Below, piece after piece: positions 25,801 to 38,075 of a stretch of DNA of 64,000 bases. Within the stretch, counting starts at the first letter, position 1; each line of letters starts with the position of its first letter. Origin of the DNA: Epithemia pelagica. Taxonomy: Eukaryota > Protista > Bacillariophyta. The notes beneath the pieces were generated by a model, which saw only the letters and a program-made list of their open reading frames with translations, had not been told where the DNA came from and searched no databases. The stretch spans positions 2,294,001-2,358,000 of the forward strand of contig OX337238.1 of assembly GCA_946965045.2 (NCBI GenBank), written 5' to 3'. Position numbers and translations under genes: made by a program.

Positions 25801-26692
25801 AGCTGTCCACAAAGGTTTTTCAGATGTCGCCTTGATGTGCACCAAGTCTAGCCTTAAGGAGTGTGCCAGCACGCCAGGTGAAGCCGGCGAAGTTTTGATG
25901 ACATGGCTGGAGCGGTGCAAGAAAATTGTCACCATCAAGAACGAAGTAGATCTGTTCTCGTTCCTGGTTCTTCTGGCAGATGAAGTAGAAGTGCGACAAG
26001 ATCATATGGCAAGTATTGTGCTGCGTTGTTTTGGTCCCCACGTCTACCGCTTTACCAAGATGTATTTCAGGACGACGTCGTCATCGTCAAGTTCTCGCTC
26101 CAGCGATACGCCGTTCATGGCGGAGATAGTAAAATCGCATAGAGCGCTGTTGGACCATGTTGTGAGCAAGCATACGATTCTCCATAACTTGCACCAAAAC
26201 AACGAACCAACGGGAAAGCAACCCCACAAAGAACGGAATCAAGGTAAATCCAAGGGTGACAAGAAGAAGGGATCAAAAAAGGTACAAGGTGACCAAAAGC
26301 AGCCATACCAGAGTAGTGGCATGGAACAAAAGAACGTACCGCCATCTTCTTACCAACAGGACGACTTTGCGCAACGGTTGAGAGGTTGGGCGCAAGACGA
26401 ACCCATCAATCCTGGGTCTTCTGTGGCTACAACGGGTATCCCAGGATTAAAGTCCCTGGCTGATTTGCAAGCCCTGATACCACATGAGGCCAAGGAAGAA
26501 TACAGGAGGGCTTCCCGTGGTGCCTCGGACGAATCTGTCCAAGAACAAGAAGATGACGAGGAGGAGGGAAATTCCGGAAACAATATTGACAAGGACACGC
26601 AAAATCCGACGCACAACAAGAATAATAATAATAACAAAAAGAACAGGAAGAAATGCAAAAGAGGTCGGAACAATAACAAGAAGAAGCGTTGA
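19891..26692 (+). CDS. Tandem SF1 helicase protein: DNA2/NAM7 (Upf1-like) helicase plus UvrD-like (TRANK1-type) helicase plus helical C-terminus, 4 exons (19891-20561, 20625-21972, 22046-23105, 23187-26692), about 2,190 aa
   Basis: Helicase 1: QGPPG|TGKT, APSNAAV, LDEACQ, GDPQQLP, LDTQYRM, TVDSFQGQE, RLNVAVTRAK. Helicase 2: ESRSGTGKT, YLDEIQD, AGDPAQ, LVNYRTT, SKGLEFDDV, LYVAITRAQ. Three canonical introns restore frame. An additional upstream exon cannot be excluded. Confidence 0.88.
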
Positions 26693-27096
26693 GCGTTGAC
26701 CATCATGGTATGAACGAGTTCATCTGTCAACCTGGCCGTAGTAGTTCCTGTAAAGCTCTCTTATAATCGATTAATGGTGGATCGCCAAAAAGAACCACAA
26801 ATCTATTTCTTTCGCGCATATCTCAAAGTCCAATGTTGTTTCGAGGTCTCTGAGTATCGTTCTGGCGCTGCTAATGTTTCAAATATGATTCTTTTTTTGT
26901 TTTATGCGTCTTTCGCGCATTCTTCCCTTGCAAAACTTTTTTACTATTTATTTTTCCAAACGATTGCGAATCATCGTTTCAACGTCCTTACAATCGTTTC
27001 TCGGCGACCACTCTTGGCAAACCGTCGTTTCAGAGGTACAATGGGAGACTCGGCTCCACCAGTTCCAACGGGTGTATCTTGGCGCATTCTATACTC

Positions 27097-27894
27097 TCAG
27101 CGGAACGGTCCAGTTTGAAGGCCGGCACTGGCTTCATTGTCCGCCTCCTCGGTTCGATATTTACGAGGTCTGATTTGCAGCATTTTCTTGTTGATGCTTT
27201 GTTGACCGTAAATTTCAAAGATAATTGATTGTTTGTCGCAGGCACCGCGGTTGGCACAAAAGACTGCACAGGGCGAGGAAGCAATGTTTTGGTCTTCATT
27301 GACAAAACAGGCTCGACGCCGATCGTCAATATGGACAAACATGTTTTTGCAGGCTACTCCAAGGCCTAGATTGGGACTTTCGCAACGGACTTGTCCATAT
27401 TCGCCGCCTACCAAGTGTACACTCAAGGGTTTCTCATACACACAGGAACGATCTCCATAACACAGCAAGTCGGCATCCGTCTGAATGGTGGCATCTAGAC
27501 ACGAGCCATCTTCCATATTACCCGATCCACAGTCAATGTCATGAGATTGCCAAAAGTCGGCCTGTTGACAAGCCTTTTCGGCCCAACAAAAGACGTGTTC
27601 ATTGTATTTGAATTCCACGTTGCGACAGGATTGACGCCCTTCGCAATAAACGGCTTGACACCCCGAAATCAAATACCCCTCGCAGGAACGCTCGGTCAAA
27701 CAATAAATGGTATTTTCGACATCCATGTACATGACACCGCTGGGTAACTCGTCCAAGGGGATGGTTGTTTCCTTTTCATCACCGCTTTGGACCAAACACG
27801 TGGCTTGTACCACGTGATTGACACCCAACAAGGCATTCACTGTCAGTGTGACGAACCAAACAACCACATGAGTCCTAGTTCTGCCTGGAATCAT
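27097..27894 (-). CDS. Secreted cysteine-rich protein (18 Cys), paralog of 59964-60644
   Basis: Hydrophobic N-terminus (HVVVWFVTLTVNALLGV) followed by C-x-G/A-x-x-S/A-C repeats. All 18 mature Cys align with the 59964 paralog. ATG chosen at 27894 within ORF 27097-28101. Confidence 0.75.
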   Translation of the reverse strand: MIPGRTRTHVVVWFVTLTVNALLGVNHVVQATCLVQSGDEKETTIPLDELPSGVMYMDVENTIYCLTERSCEGYLISGCQAVYCEGRQSCRNVEFKYNEHVFCWAEKACQQADFWQSHDIDCGSGNMEDGSCLDATIQTDADLLCYGDRSCVYEKPLSVHLVGGEYGQVRCESPNLGLGVACKNMFVHIDDRRRACFVNEDQNIASSPCAVFCANRGACDKQSIIFEIYGQQSINKKMLQIRPRKYRTEEADNEASAGLQTGPFR

Positions 27895-28745
27895 GATGAT
27901 TGAAGCAAACAACAAAAATGCCTCCAATGCAAAGACAACAACGATGCCCAACGAGGAAGGAAGAGGGTTTGATAGAATCTGTTGATGTGAGGTGAACGAA
28001 AGGAACTGGTGACTGGTGACACCGAAAACGATTCCGCGATCTTTTCTGGAAGCTTTGAAATTGAAACTCCTCCTCGTTACAGGGAAAACCAAGACATGCA
28101 CAGCATAGCCACAATAATGAGTGGTCCGAAAAGTTGTATGGTAGGAATGCGCACTTTCTGCATCCGAGCGCGCGAGAATCTTTCAGAGTTTCATATAGTC
28201 GCGGGTAGAACGCATATAATAAGGCATGCCAATCGGGAGCTATCGCTATCGGGACCCCGCTACTCTCTTGAAAAAGAAAAGGAGTAGCTAGGTGTAACAT
28301 GGCCTAGCTCTTCGGAGGAAGGGACAAGAGACAGTCTACAATAGACCCGTATCAAGAGTCGAACATGAAATAGATAGAAAACACAGGAATGTGACCATCG
28401 CATCGATTATACCATCTCTCGGTGGTTTGACGCTCCGAACCTAGGACGAGGTCATTACATATTGAGTAATTCAAGATCGATATGAACAGGGGGAAGGAGA
28501 AGGAGGGGTTCGTTCCAACCGAGTTTTGCTCAACCATCGAGTTGGTCTACGGTCCGAACCATGTTTACTCCCTGACGAACCTATCCTGTCTACATAGGAT
28601 GACCAGCGGGGAAAATCATATCTACCAACTGAACCATCCAGTATAAGATGACGATGTTTGTTATTCTTTATTTGATTCATGCATGAAAACTGAACAGTAG
28701 GACGTGTTCAGTGTCCGATTCCAGTACCCAATGCCCTATCAGCCA

Positions 28746-31700
28746 TCAGGAACAATAGGATGCGGCGAGATATTCAATGGAGAGACGATCCGCCACAGCT
28801 TCGGATATGCGCTTCGCCACTTCGGCTTGGAGCACTGTGGCCACCTCCTCCCCACTAGCAATCTGCCCAAAGATATCGGAAAGCTGAGCAGTTGTGGCAC
28901 TTGTGTACACCTTACCGCGAGGAGATGCGTTGGCAATTGCTTGGAGTTGCGACGTGGACGCCCCACCCCGAAAAGCAATGACGTGAAGCTCAAGGTCATT
29001 CCCATCATAGGTTGACTTCACGGATTGGTTGGTACTTGAGAATGTTGAGGCTGCTTGTGTCGCATCCCCAGCACATCCATCACTCATAAACACAACGACC
29101 GGGACGTGCGTTGACGGGGTCGCCAGAACCAGCTCCTTGGCAGATAGGGCGGCAGGGTAGAAACACGTGCCACCTCCTCTATAGTCAAGTGTGGTGCACA
29201 CGGTGTTAAGTTCCTTCATTCTAACAGTCGTCCGGGTGCCACCCTGAAATTGGACTACAGAAACAAGATCAGTCGAGCATTGAGTTTGATTTCTCTTGTT
29301 CAGGTATTCGTTGTACGCTGTAACGACACCAGACCAATGATTCGACATGGAACCGGACTCATCAAGGACAAACACCATGTGTTTACCATAGCCGTCAGTC
29401 AAGGTACTTCGGTTGCGATGTGTCTTTGGATCCACCAAAGGGATTGGAATCACATCTCGCTGCCCCGTATTATCAGGGTGACTGATTAAATTTTCAGACA
29501 ACTTGGACTCTGTGGTTTTCGTAGCCTTTGGATCAAAAGAACAAAGGCATAAATCAATATCCTTGGCTATCAAACTGCCAACAACATCTTTTACCTTGAG
29601 ACCAGACGGATGAAGTAGACTGTAACTATCAGCGTTCGGCGCACCGACAAAGGCAGGTGGTACCATTCCATGAGCTGGTGCATCTGTCAGAAGAACCATG
29701 AATTTGACTTCCGATGTCCAGTCCGTGGCTGATTCCCATTTTGAAGCCCGCAAGATTGCTCCCAAATGATCTTCGGCAATGTCACCTCCACCAGACGGAC
29801 TTGAGAGTGTCTTATCAATGGCTTGAAATATCATTGCTGGATCATGTATAAAGTGTTCTCCTCCCCAGCGATTCTCCATATACTGGTTATTCCCATCGTC
29901 CACATCTCTGTAGCCCATCACAGCATATCTGATTACGAAAGAAATGCCGGGAAACTGAGCTTTGAGCTTTTCACTTATAGATTTGTTTCCTGAAATGACG
30001 GCCTTCAGTGTATTTCGAGCTGGTGCTGTATACTGAGCCATGCTTCCGGTCTGATCCACAACGAAGCCAATATCGATTGTGATTTCTGATGGCATGTTCG
30101 CTTTCTTGAATGATCTATGAAGATCACAGAGGAGCGCTCCGCTCAGTTCAGAATCACCATCTAGAAGAGCATCGAAGTATTTATGGGTCTCGGTGTCGAT
30201 ACTTGTGGCTGCCGACAAATGTTTTTCGACCAAGCGACAACGTTGCTCACAGCGCCTTCGTCGAGCTTCCTCAAGAAATGAGTAAATGTCTTCTTTCGGC
30301 ACGTTGGAAGCTGCACCTTCACGGATGCCGAACTCTTTCGAGAGATCTGATTCCAACAAGATAAGTTCGTACGAGCCCTTTTTACCCTGGCGCGCTGTTC
30401 GGCCCTGGATTTGAATCTCTTCGCTAACTTCGTCCGAGAAGAATGTTTGGAGGACCAACACTCCTCCTGCTTGTTGAACTCTGTCGTCCTTGCAAAAGAA
30501 ATCTGTACCACGCCCAAACACAGCCGTACAAAGGGTCACCTGGCCGGATGTGGCAGCTCTGCTTATGGCATGTTCTTTCTCGGATGCTGTCATGTCCTCC
30601 TTCAGAGGCGATACGGTCACGTTCAATGAATTCAATTTTCCGTAGAATGGACTGTCTATGTATTCATCCATTCTTTGCTTGGAATGAAAGAAAACAATCA
30701 CAGCTCTCTTTCTCTTTCTTTCATCTTGTATGCGTTCTGTTATGCTATGGAAGTAGTCACTTCTTCCCTTGTCAATTCGTATTCCATTACCTGCCTTGTC
30801 AAAAGAGAAATTGGACTTCCCATACACACTGGGAACAAACAAAAATTTTTGTAGACCATACTTAGCCAATACGTCTTTCTCGTACTCTCCCGTGGCATCG
30901 AGAGTACCTGAGACACCCAGTACACGAGAGGGCGAAATATTCGCATACGAAAACCGACCACATGAAACTTGCATCGCCAAATGTTTCGCGACATCTTTAT
31001 CTGTCAGATTTCCCTTATCAGCTTCTTTCAAATAGGCAAAGACTGTGCGATACCCATAAACGGCTTCGAAGCTGACGCTGTCCATCACTTTGTATCCAAT
31101 ACGTCCCGACTGCTTGTCGACGTAGTAAGGTTCCTCGTCAACCAGCGAGACTTCATTCAACATTGATGTCACCTCACTTTCTAGTATGTACTCGAAATTT
31201 GGAAAAACCTTTGTGAGTGCAGAGTATGCTTGAGAGACTTTGATTTCATCAAGGCGCAATCGACGCCCTCCAGTCTTGTGGGCACTCCAAATTTGTCGTA
31301 GAATGGTCTCCACTGCGTCATCTTGTATCTGTACTACTTGGTTATAAGTTTGTCCGTAAAACTCTGAGCCGAAGAAAACGTCCACTTCATCTACCAGAAG
31401 AATTTCTGCCTCTGTGGCATCTGTAACTTTCGACTTTGTTTCCACATTACTGAGCATCCGATGAAGTGATTCCGACGTTACACATTGAGAGACTGATCCA
31501 GTGGGAATGCTGGACAAAGAATTTCCTGCACTTTTTTGATGACAACTTTCCGGGTTAGACAACGTATCATTCGAAGGATGGTCTTCATGATCCAATGACG
31601 GGGGACCAAGTTCCGAATTATTGCTCGCATTCGTCTGGTGACGAACGGGAATGCTTTCGTTAAGGGCAGTATGTGTTTGACGACCAGAAGAAGGAACAAG

Positions 31701-34700
31701 ATATCCAACAGCCTCTCGACTCGTCTTCTCAGCTTGCGTTGTGTTCAATTCACCGCGAAACAACTTTTCGGAGAGAACACGGATGTTTCCCTTCCTCGCC
31801 GTTGAATCCTCAGATAAGGTGGTGATCTTACTGTACGTGACCAGATTCTCGAGATGGAAGGCCTCAAAAATTTGACTAAAAAGGTTGTAGTCCCTCGTCG
31901 ACAAGTATTCACTGTAGCATACGCATCGCACACGGAAGCCGAACAAACTGAGGAGAACTGCTGCAGCGCCCAGGATAATCGACTTTCCCTCACCAGTGCG
32001 GATTTGCATAAGTTGACTCTCCAACGAGTCGGCCTGTAAGGACGCACAACCAAACATGCAGAGAAGAGTCAATACTTGAATGTTGTGAGGTTTCATTAGC
32101 ATTTTGTCACCAATATCGTTTTTGCTTCCGGAAGCCTCTACACGATTGTAACTTTCACCCGATTTGAGAATCGTGAAAACTGCAAAAATTCCCGCAAGGA
32201 CGAGTGGGATCTGCTTTTTTGTCGCCTCGGCCCACCCTCTACTGCAAGAGCAAGGCTTTATCGAGTAGGCTGCCTTGGTCACCCTGTCCACAAGGACTCC
32301 CAAGTCAGATTCTGGGGGTAAAAATGAACCCAACAACGATCGGTACTCTGCTTCAAAGATCCAGTAGCTCTTAAGCAATAGGTCAGTGTCTATTTGAGCT
32401 TTGGTCTCGCTCCCATTGGGACGATACACACCATATATCTCCTTCACCGTCTCTTCGACTGGTTTTTGGGTTGTTTCCTCATTCCAAACCATCGTCAAAA
32501 CCTCTTTAAATTGGCGAAATTCAGTCAGAATGGTCTGGGCAACGACATTGTCTTCTTCGGAAAACCCTTCATCACTTCGTCGAAGTCCCAAACCTAGATC
32601 GAAAAGATAACTGTAGCCCCAATCGTACTTAAGACACGACTCCAAGACTTCGCTCATCATGATTTTTGTAAACTCCCGGAAAGGTGCAAGCTCGACTAGC
32701 ACTTTGCCCATCTCAATGAAACACCGACGGAAATCTTGCATCCTGCTGATTGCAGTTGACTGGTCGGAGATGTAGCTTTTAGTCTTCTGACGTAGGGATT
32801 CGATTTCTTGCTCAACCATATTTAAGATGGACTTATACCAAGATGTCGCAAAAAAGTCAGGATGTCCTTTCAGTTTGCTCTCCATTGACTTCAGGTCTGC
32901 AATATTGCCATTGAGTAACTGATACTTGCGGTCCGCCCAGTTTGAGTCAATGTCCTTCTTTATCCTTTCCACTTCTCCTCTTACCATGTCCATTATATCA
33001 GAACAAGTCCGAGCTGAGTCCAAAGGAGGAGACACGAGATCGTTGAGAAGGTCGAGTTCATCCAGATGTACAAGAACGGTCTCAACTTGACTGTATTTCC
33101 GGTCGGCCAAAAGAGCTTTTACTTTCTGTCTCATCTCCCAAGGTATATTTCTGATGTTGCTATCAAGTGACTGGCTTTCTGATTTCGAATCACGCGCCAA
33201 CGCGAGAAGCTTCTCCTTGGCATCTTTAACTTGCAGAAACCTTTTACCACTATCACTTCCTTCATCAGGGTTTTGTTTGTCAGGATGGGTATCTTTTGCC
33301 TGAAGGCGGTAAGCCTTTTCAATGTCTTGTTTTGTTGACGAAGGAGGCAACCCCAATATAGCGTAGAGGTTGATATTTGCGAAGTCACGACCAAGGTAAA
33401 AATGTTCTTGACATATTTGAAATGTTTTGCTCAGCCATTGATCTTCTCCAAGTACTCCAGATTTAACTTCTTGATGAAATAAGGTCCCAAAGTCCGCAAT
33501 ATAACCACCAAAATGTCTTAGCTTCTGTAGCCGTTCCCTGAAAAGGCGTAAGTCAAAAGTTTCTTTCCATTCACTGAGCTTGTCAAGGTCATTTTGTAGT
33601 GTCTCGAACACCAGCTGGTTTGTAAATTTGAACTCCCGCCCATTATCTCTTGTTAACACAATACACGGAAAAGCACATACAAGTTTCCGGTACACCTCAT
33701 AGATCCGCTGGAATTCTCGGCGACGCGACTCACACAGCAGCACTTCTTTTATGTCCGAGCACAAATCACGGAACAAACTAAAAGCTTGGTCCTTAAGTTG
33801 GTTGCATCCCTCGCGCACCGATGGTATATAGTGCGAAAGGTGGCGCTCCATCATTTCAAGTGACTTGATAGTCTGACCAACGGCATAGAAGCTACGACCT
33901 TGCATCGCTGCGGTTCCAGATGAAACCTTTTGCATCACCTTCCCGTTGACCTTTCTTCTAAAATCATCGAACGAGACACCGCTAAAAACACTTCTCAGCG
34001 CACCTCTCCATGTTTTTGGGTCAAGGCCTTCCAAACGTTTCTTCCAAGAAACGACCATAGGTTCACTTAAATTCTCTTGGAAATAACTCTGCTCCGCCGT
34101 TTTTCGGGCGCTTTCCCAAGTTTCACGGAGACCTCCTATGTCTGACAGTACGTCTCGAGACGTTATGTGGCCTCTGAGGCCCATTTCGAGGGCATTGTCC
34201 AAGACTTCCAACAACCCGAGGGCATCATCATAACAGCAATTCTGCGAGACAAATTCCTTGAGACTTGTCAGTGCTTCTTGAAGCGTGTTGACAAGTGTGA
34301 TTTGTGTATCGTGGTATACAACAACAAGTTCAGGTATCTCCGGGGACTTCTGTTCAGTGGCAGACTTCAGCGAATTAAGATGACTGACCAGTTTCTTGTT
34401 CTCGAACCAGCTCTTTGCGAATGCTTTCACATCAGCTTCACACCTATTGACGGTCTGGTCAAAGTTCCGTTTTGCTTGACTTACTGCTTTAGTCGTTGCA
34501 GTAGTAAAGGAACTCTTTAAATGTCTTTCGAATGTATTTGCATACATTCGATTTGTCCCAAGCGCAACGAAATCGAACGAGTTCGAAGCTCGCTTAATCT
34601 TTTGCACGAAGTCCATTGTGAATTTGTTAACGTCTTCTTCAATTTTCTTCAACGTCTCGAAAACTCGAAAGTCTTCGTCCACTGAAACTAGGATCTTGCC

Positions 34701-37700
34701 CAATTCTTCCTTTGCTTCTCGAAGAATCTTCAGGTTTTCTAAGATTTGCTGCAATGGCTCGTCGGATGGATGAATGAATTGAAGCAGGCGTTCAGTATTG
34801 TCTGCAATAATAGAGAGGGTTGACGCGATTTGAGAGAGACTCGTCTGGAACTTTTGCTTTTTGATTTGATCCCTCGTCGAAGCCAAGGGAATGAGAAACT
34901 CGCGAAGACCCTTGAAGTTCTTTTTTGCAATGTGTTCCTCTACCAAGGAGTCCACTGTTGTTTGTTTTTGCCCCATGAGCTTCCGAAGCGATGCAATCCT
35001 TGCTGATCCCTCACTTGAAGTATACTCATCAATAATTTTTGCCTGTTCTAGATTTTCAAGTTGTCCTTCGACCAGCTCCCAGTCCGTAGTCTCGAGTATT
35101 GATGCTTCGATCTCATCAGAGTGGGCTCTCACCCCAGTACGAGCTTGCTCTTTTAGCACTTCGAAATCAAGGGATAGGGTGTCGGCGAGATGTTTGCTTT
35201 CATGGGAGATAATGTCCAGTGCTGACAAATATTTTGCTTTCTCTGCGTATGCATAATCTGAGTTAATTACAGCCGTTGCAACCTTGGAAAAGTCGTTTAA
35301 AGCCGCTGTAGCGACCGATGAAACCACGTGGCAATCAAGGTTCAGTTCCTGAAGCAACTGATTTTCACAAAGGAAGTTCCCAATTTCTTTCGAGAAGAAG
35401 CCGACATCATCGTCCCCTTCGTCGATTGCAGAAAGCAATTTTGATTAAGAGTTTTGGGTTCGGTCTCCAAGGCCCTGAATGTATATTTGCAACTTTGCCC
35501 TTGTTTCAGTTTCCGCTGATCTAAGAGCTTGATCAGTCAGCACTTCAGCAAGATATGACAGTTCTTGCTGTTCACGCACAATCAACTTGAGAGCACGAAT
35601 GTGATCAAGTGGTTCTCCTGTTTGTGTGGTCAAATTCTCAATATGAACCGTAGCCATATCCATTACAGTCTTGCTCCTTGTCTTGTAGTCAACCTCAAAC
35701 GCAACACAACAATTCGCAACGAATCGATCCCCTGACGCGAGAAACTTATCAAAGAACATATACGATTTGAATAACATCAATTCACCACGGTCACCGCGCC
35801 CATCCTTGACTCCGTTATCCCGTGCCATCTTTGTTAAAACTGATATTTCTCTGGACTTGCTCTTCAAAAATTCCTTGTAAAAATCGATCACAGAGATGTA
35901 GGGAGCCAACACTTCGTTCCATACATATTGTGCCAGATCTGAAAAAGCTGTGTACGTTTCGAGCAAAAAGTCCAGTGACTCGCTCACAAGATTGACATTG
36001 GAAACATCTACCTTGCGTGCTTGGGCACATGCATCATGCATGAAATCAGCTGCCACCGCTTGAAGTTGGCGGCACACTGACGAACTCTTCTCTTGGAAGG
36101 AAGGAAAGTCGTTCAGCTCCACTAAGAGAGAATTGATCGCTTCCACACGTCTGGCCTGAGACGCTAGATGGAGCACGTCGTGTTCACGTTTTCTAACAGA
36201 GATACCCGGGCTTAATGATACTTGTGCATATGCATCAAGTGCTCCCATAATAATTGATTTGGCTTTGGCAGAGGCTCTCAAAACTTCAGAAACATCAATG
36301 AACTGTTCCAACTGCTCCGAGAACACAACGACAGGCTCAATAAAATGGAGAGCAAAAAGTATCTCGCGGATCCACTCGTCAGGAGCCTCTTCCAGCTGGG
36401 ATATTTCGTCAAAACCGTCAACAACAGCAGTGGCCGAAGAGATCAACTTGGAAACGTGCTCTACACAGCTCTGGTAATACTCTTTTAGTTCCGGAAATTC
36501 ATCCGACCACAAACACAGCTTACTGAGACGGCGATGAATGTTTACCATAGACTCATTCGACTCCACTTTGACTTTCTCGCAATATTGGGCTAGCCGTGTG
36601 ACCATTTCCTCATGAATCCGTCCCATATCCACTTCCTCTGGGAACTCACCCTGAACCTCATTCAAGTAGCGCATACAACGATGGATCGTGGACGTATTGG
36701 CTCTTCCGAATATATGCTCATCGGAGATGCCAAGTTCCAGTTGCTCATGAAAGACCTTCCGATTATCAGAAATGAACCCACAGAAAAGGTTGTACACATT
36801 CGAGGCCACAACGTGAACATCATTCACGGGAATGCTAATGTCCAACTCTCTGAATGTATGGAGAAGCTCACGGGCACGATCTAAATCGGGTGATTCTGAT
36901 TCCAGTATCGAGCGGACATCTTGATACAGCTTGTTGAGTTCACCCGATAACTTGAGTTGGCTTGTAGCTGTCAAGCCACAATGGCTTCTCAGATGATCAC
37001 CAGGTACAGCCTTCAGGCGCTTTATGTGCGTCTTGAGGACATCGGCATCTGACACCATTGGATGAAAGACATCAACGAGTGGGTATCCTTTCTTGAGGCT
37101 CTTCTGCATAAAGTTCAAGACTTGCCATAAATCAGCATCCCTTGTTCCCTCCATTGTCCACATGATTTCTTGGCGCACGGCTTCTCGGGCAGCACTGAGC
37201 GAGTCCTTGGGTTGGATTTTGGAACTCTCGTTCGTGTGCGTAAAAAGGAACATGAAGGCAAATTTGGACGCTTCAAAGTCGCTCACGAATGTACGGACAA
37301 GCTTGAGGATTCCCTTGACGGCCGTTCCACGATCTTCAAGAAGGGAAACATAGTTTATCATAATCACAAAACGGAGGCTACCAGCGATCTTCGCAACTTC
37401 GCTAAGCATCACCGAAGTTGCAATGTCAATCTCATGACCTTCGGTATCTTGAAACCCTGGTGTGTCCAAAAATACAAGCTCCTTCTTTTTCACAGTAAGA
37501 CTGTAGAAGTGGATATACTTGGTTTCGGAAACCTTGTCGTGGCCAATATCGAATCCCTTCAGAGGGTTCTCTGCTTCAAATACTGTCTTGTCCAACACTT
37601 CTCCTGAGGAACTGGTAGTCTGATGACTGGTCGTGTACATCCGTTTTCCTGCGATACATTGGACTACGGTTGATTTTCCGCTTCCAGTCTTGCCTACGAC

Positions 37701-38075
37701 AAGAACCACGTCTTTGCCCTTGAGATGCTTTAGAGCTTCCGAGCCGTTGGAAATGCTTGAACGAAGCAACTGCATGTTAAACGAATGAGCCAATTCGAAA
37801 CGATCCGACTCCTCGGAAGCATCCTTGTCGGAAGCAAAGTCAAAGGCGTCTTGGCTAAGTTCACTATCACTACCATCATGCGACTCGGTTGTCGCATCAG
37901 TTCCGTCTTGCATTACCGCATCCACAATAGTCGTCCTCTCCTCCTCCCTTTCCACAATGCAGAGGTTCTTCGACTTTGATCCTGACGTTCCCGAAATAAT
38001 CACCATGTCGTTGCTTACCAGATGGTTTAAATCCAATGCTTCTAAAGCATCAATCTCCATGTCATCCTCACTCAT
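28746..38075 (-). CDS. Giant multidomain protein (3,110 codons): AIG1/GIMAP-like GTPase, helical region, DnaJ domain, SecA-like ATPase/helicase and two vWA domains. One in-frame TAA at 35445-35447 (possible pseudogene or sequencing error).
   Basis: GTPase GKTGSGKS, DTPG, FTHT. J-domain LYAILGL...AYRLQAKDTHPDK. SecA-like QIRTGEGKS, SEYLSTRD, VDEVD, FGRGTDF, QIQGRTARQG. vWA VVDQTGSM...GGGDIAED...LLTDAP and VLDESGSM...GGT...FMSDG. The two ORFs are in the same frame: ACC CAA AAC TCT TAA TCA AAA TTG. Confidence 0.8.

Noticed and set aside
28746-35438. Calling the giant ORF the plastid preprotein translocase SecA
   Set aside because: It has no bipartite targeting peptide, carries GTPase, DnaJ and vWA fusions, and shares only the core motor motifs.
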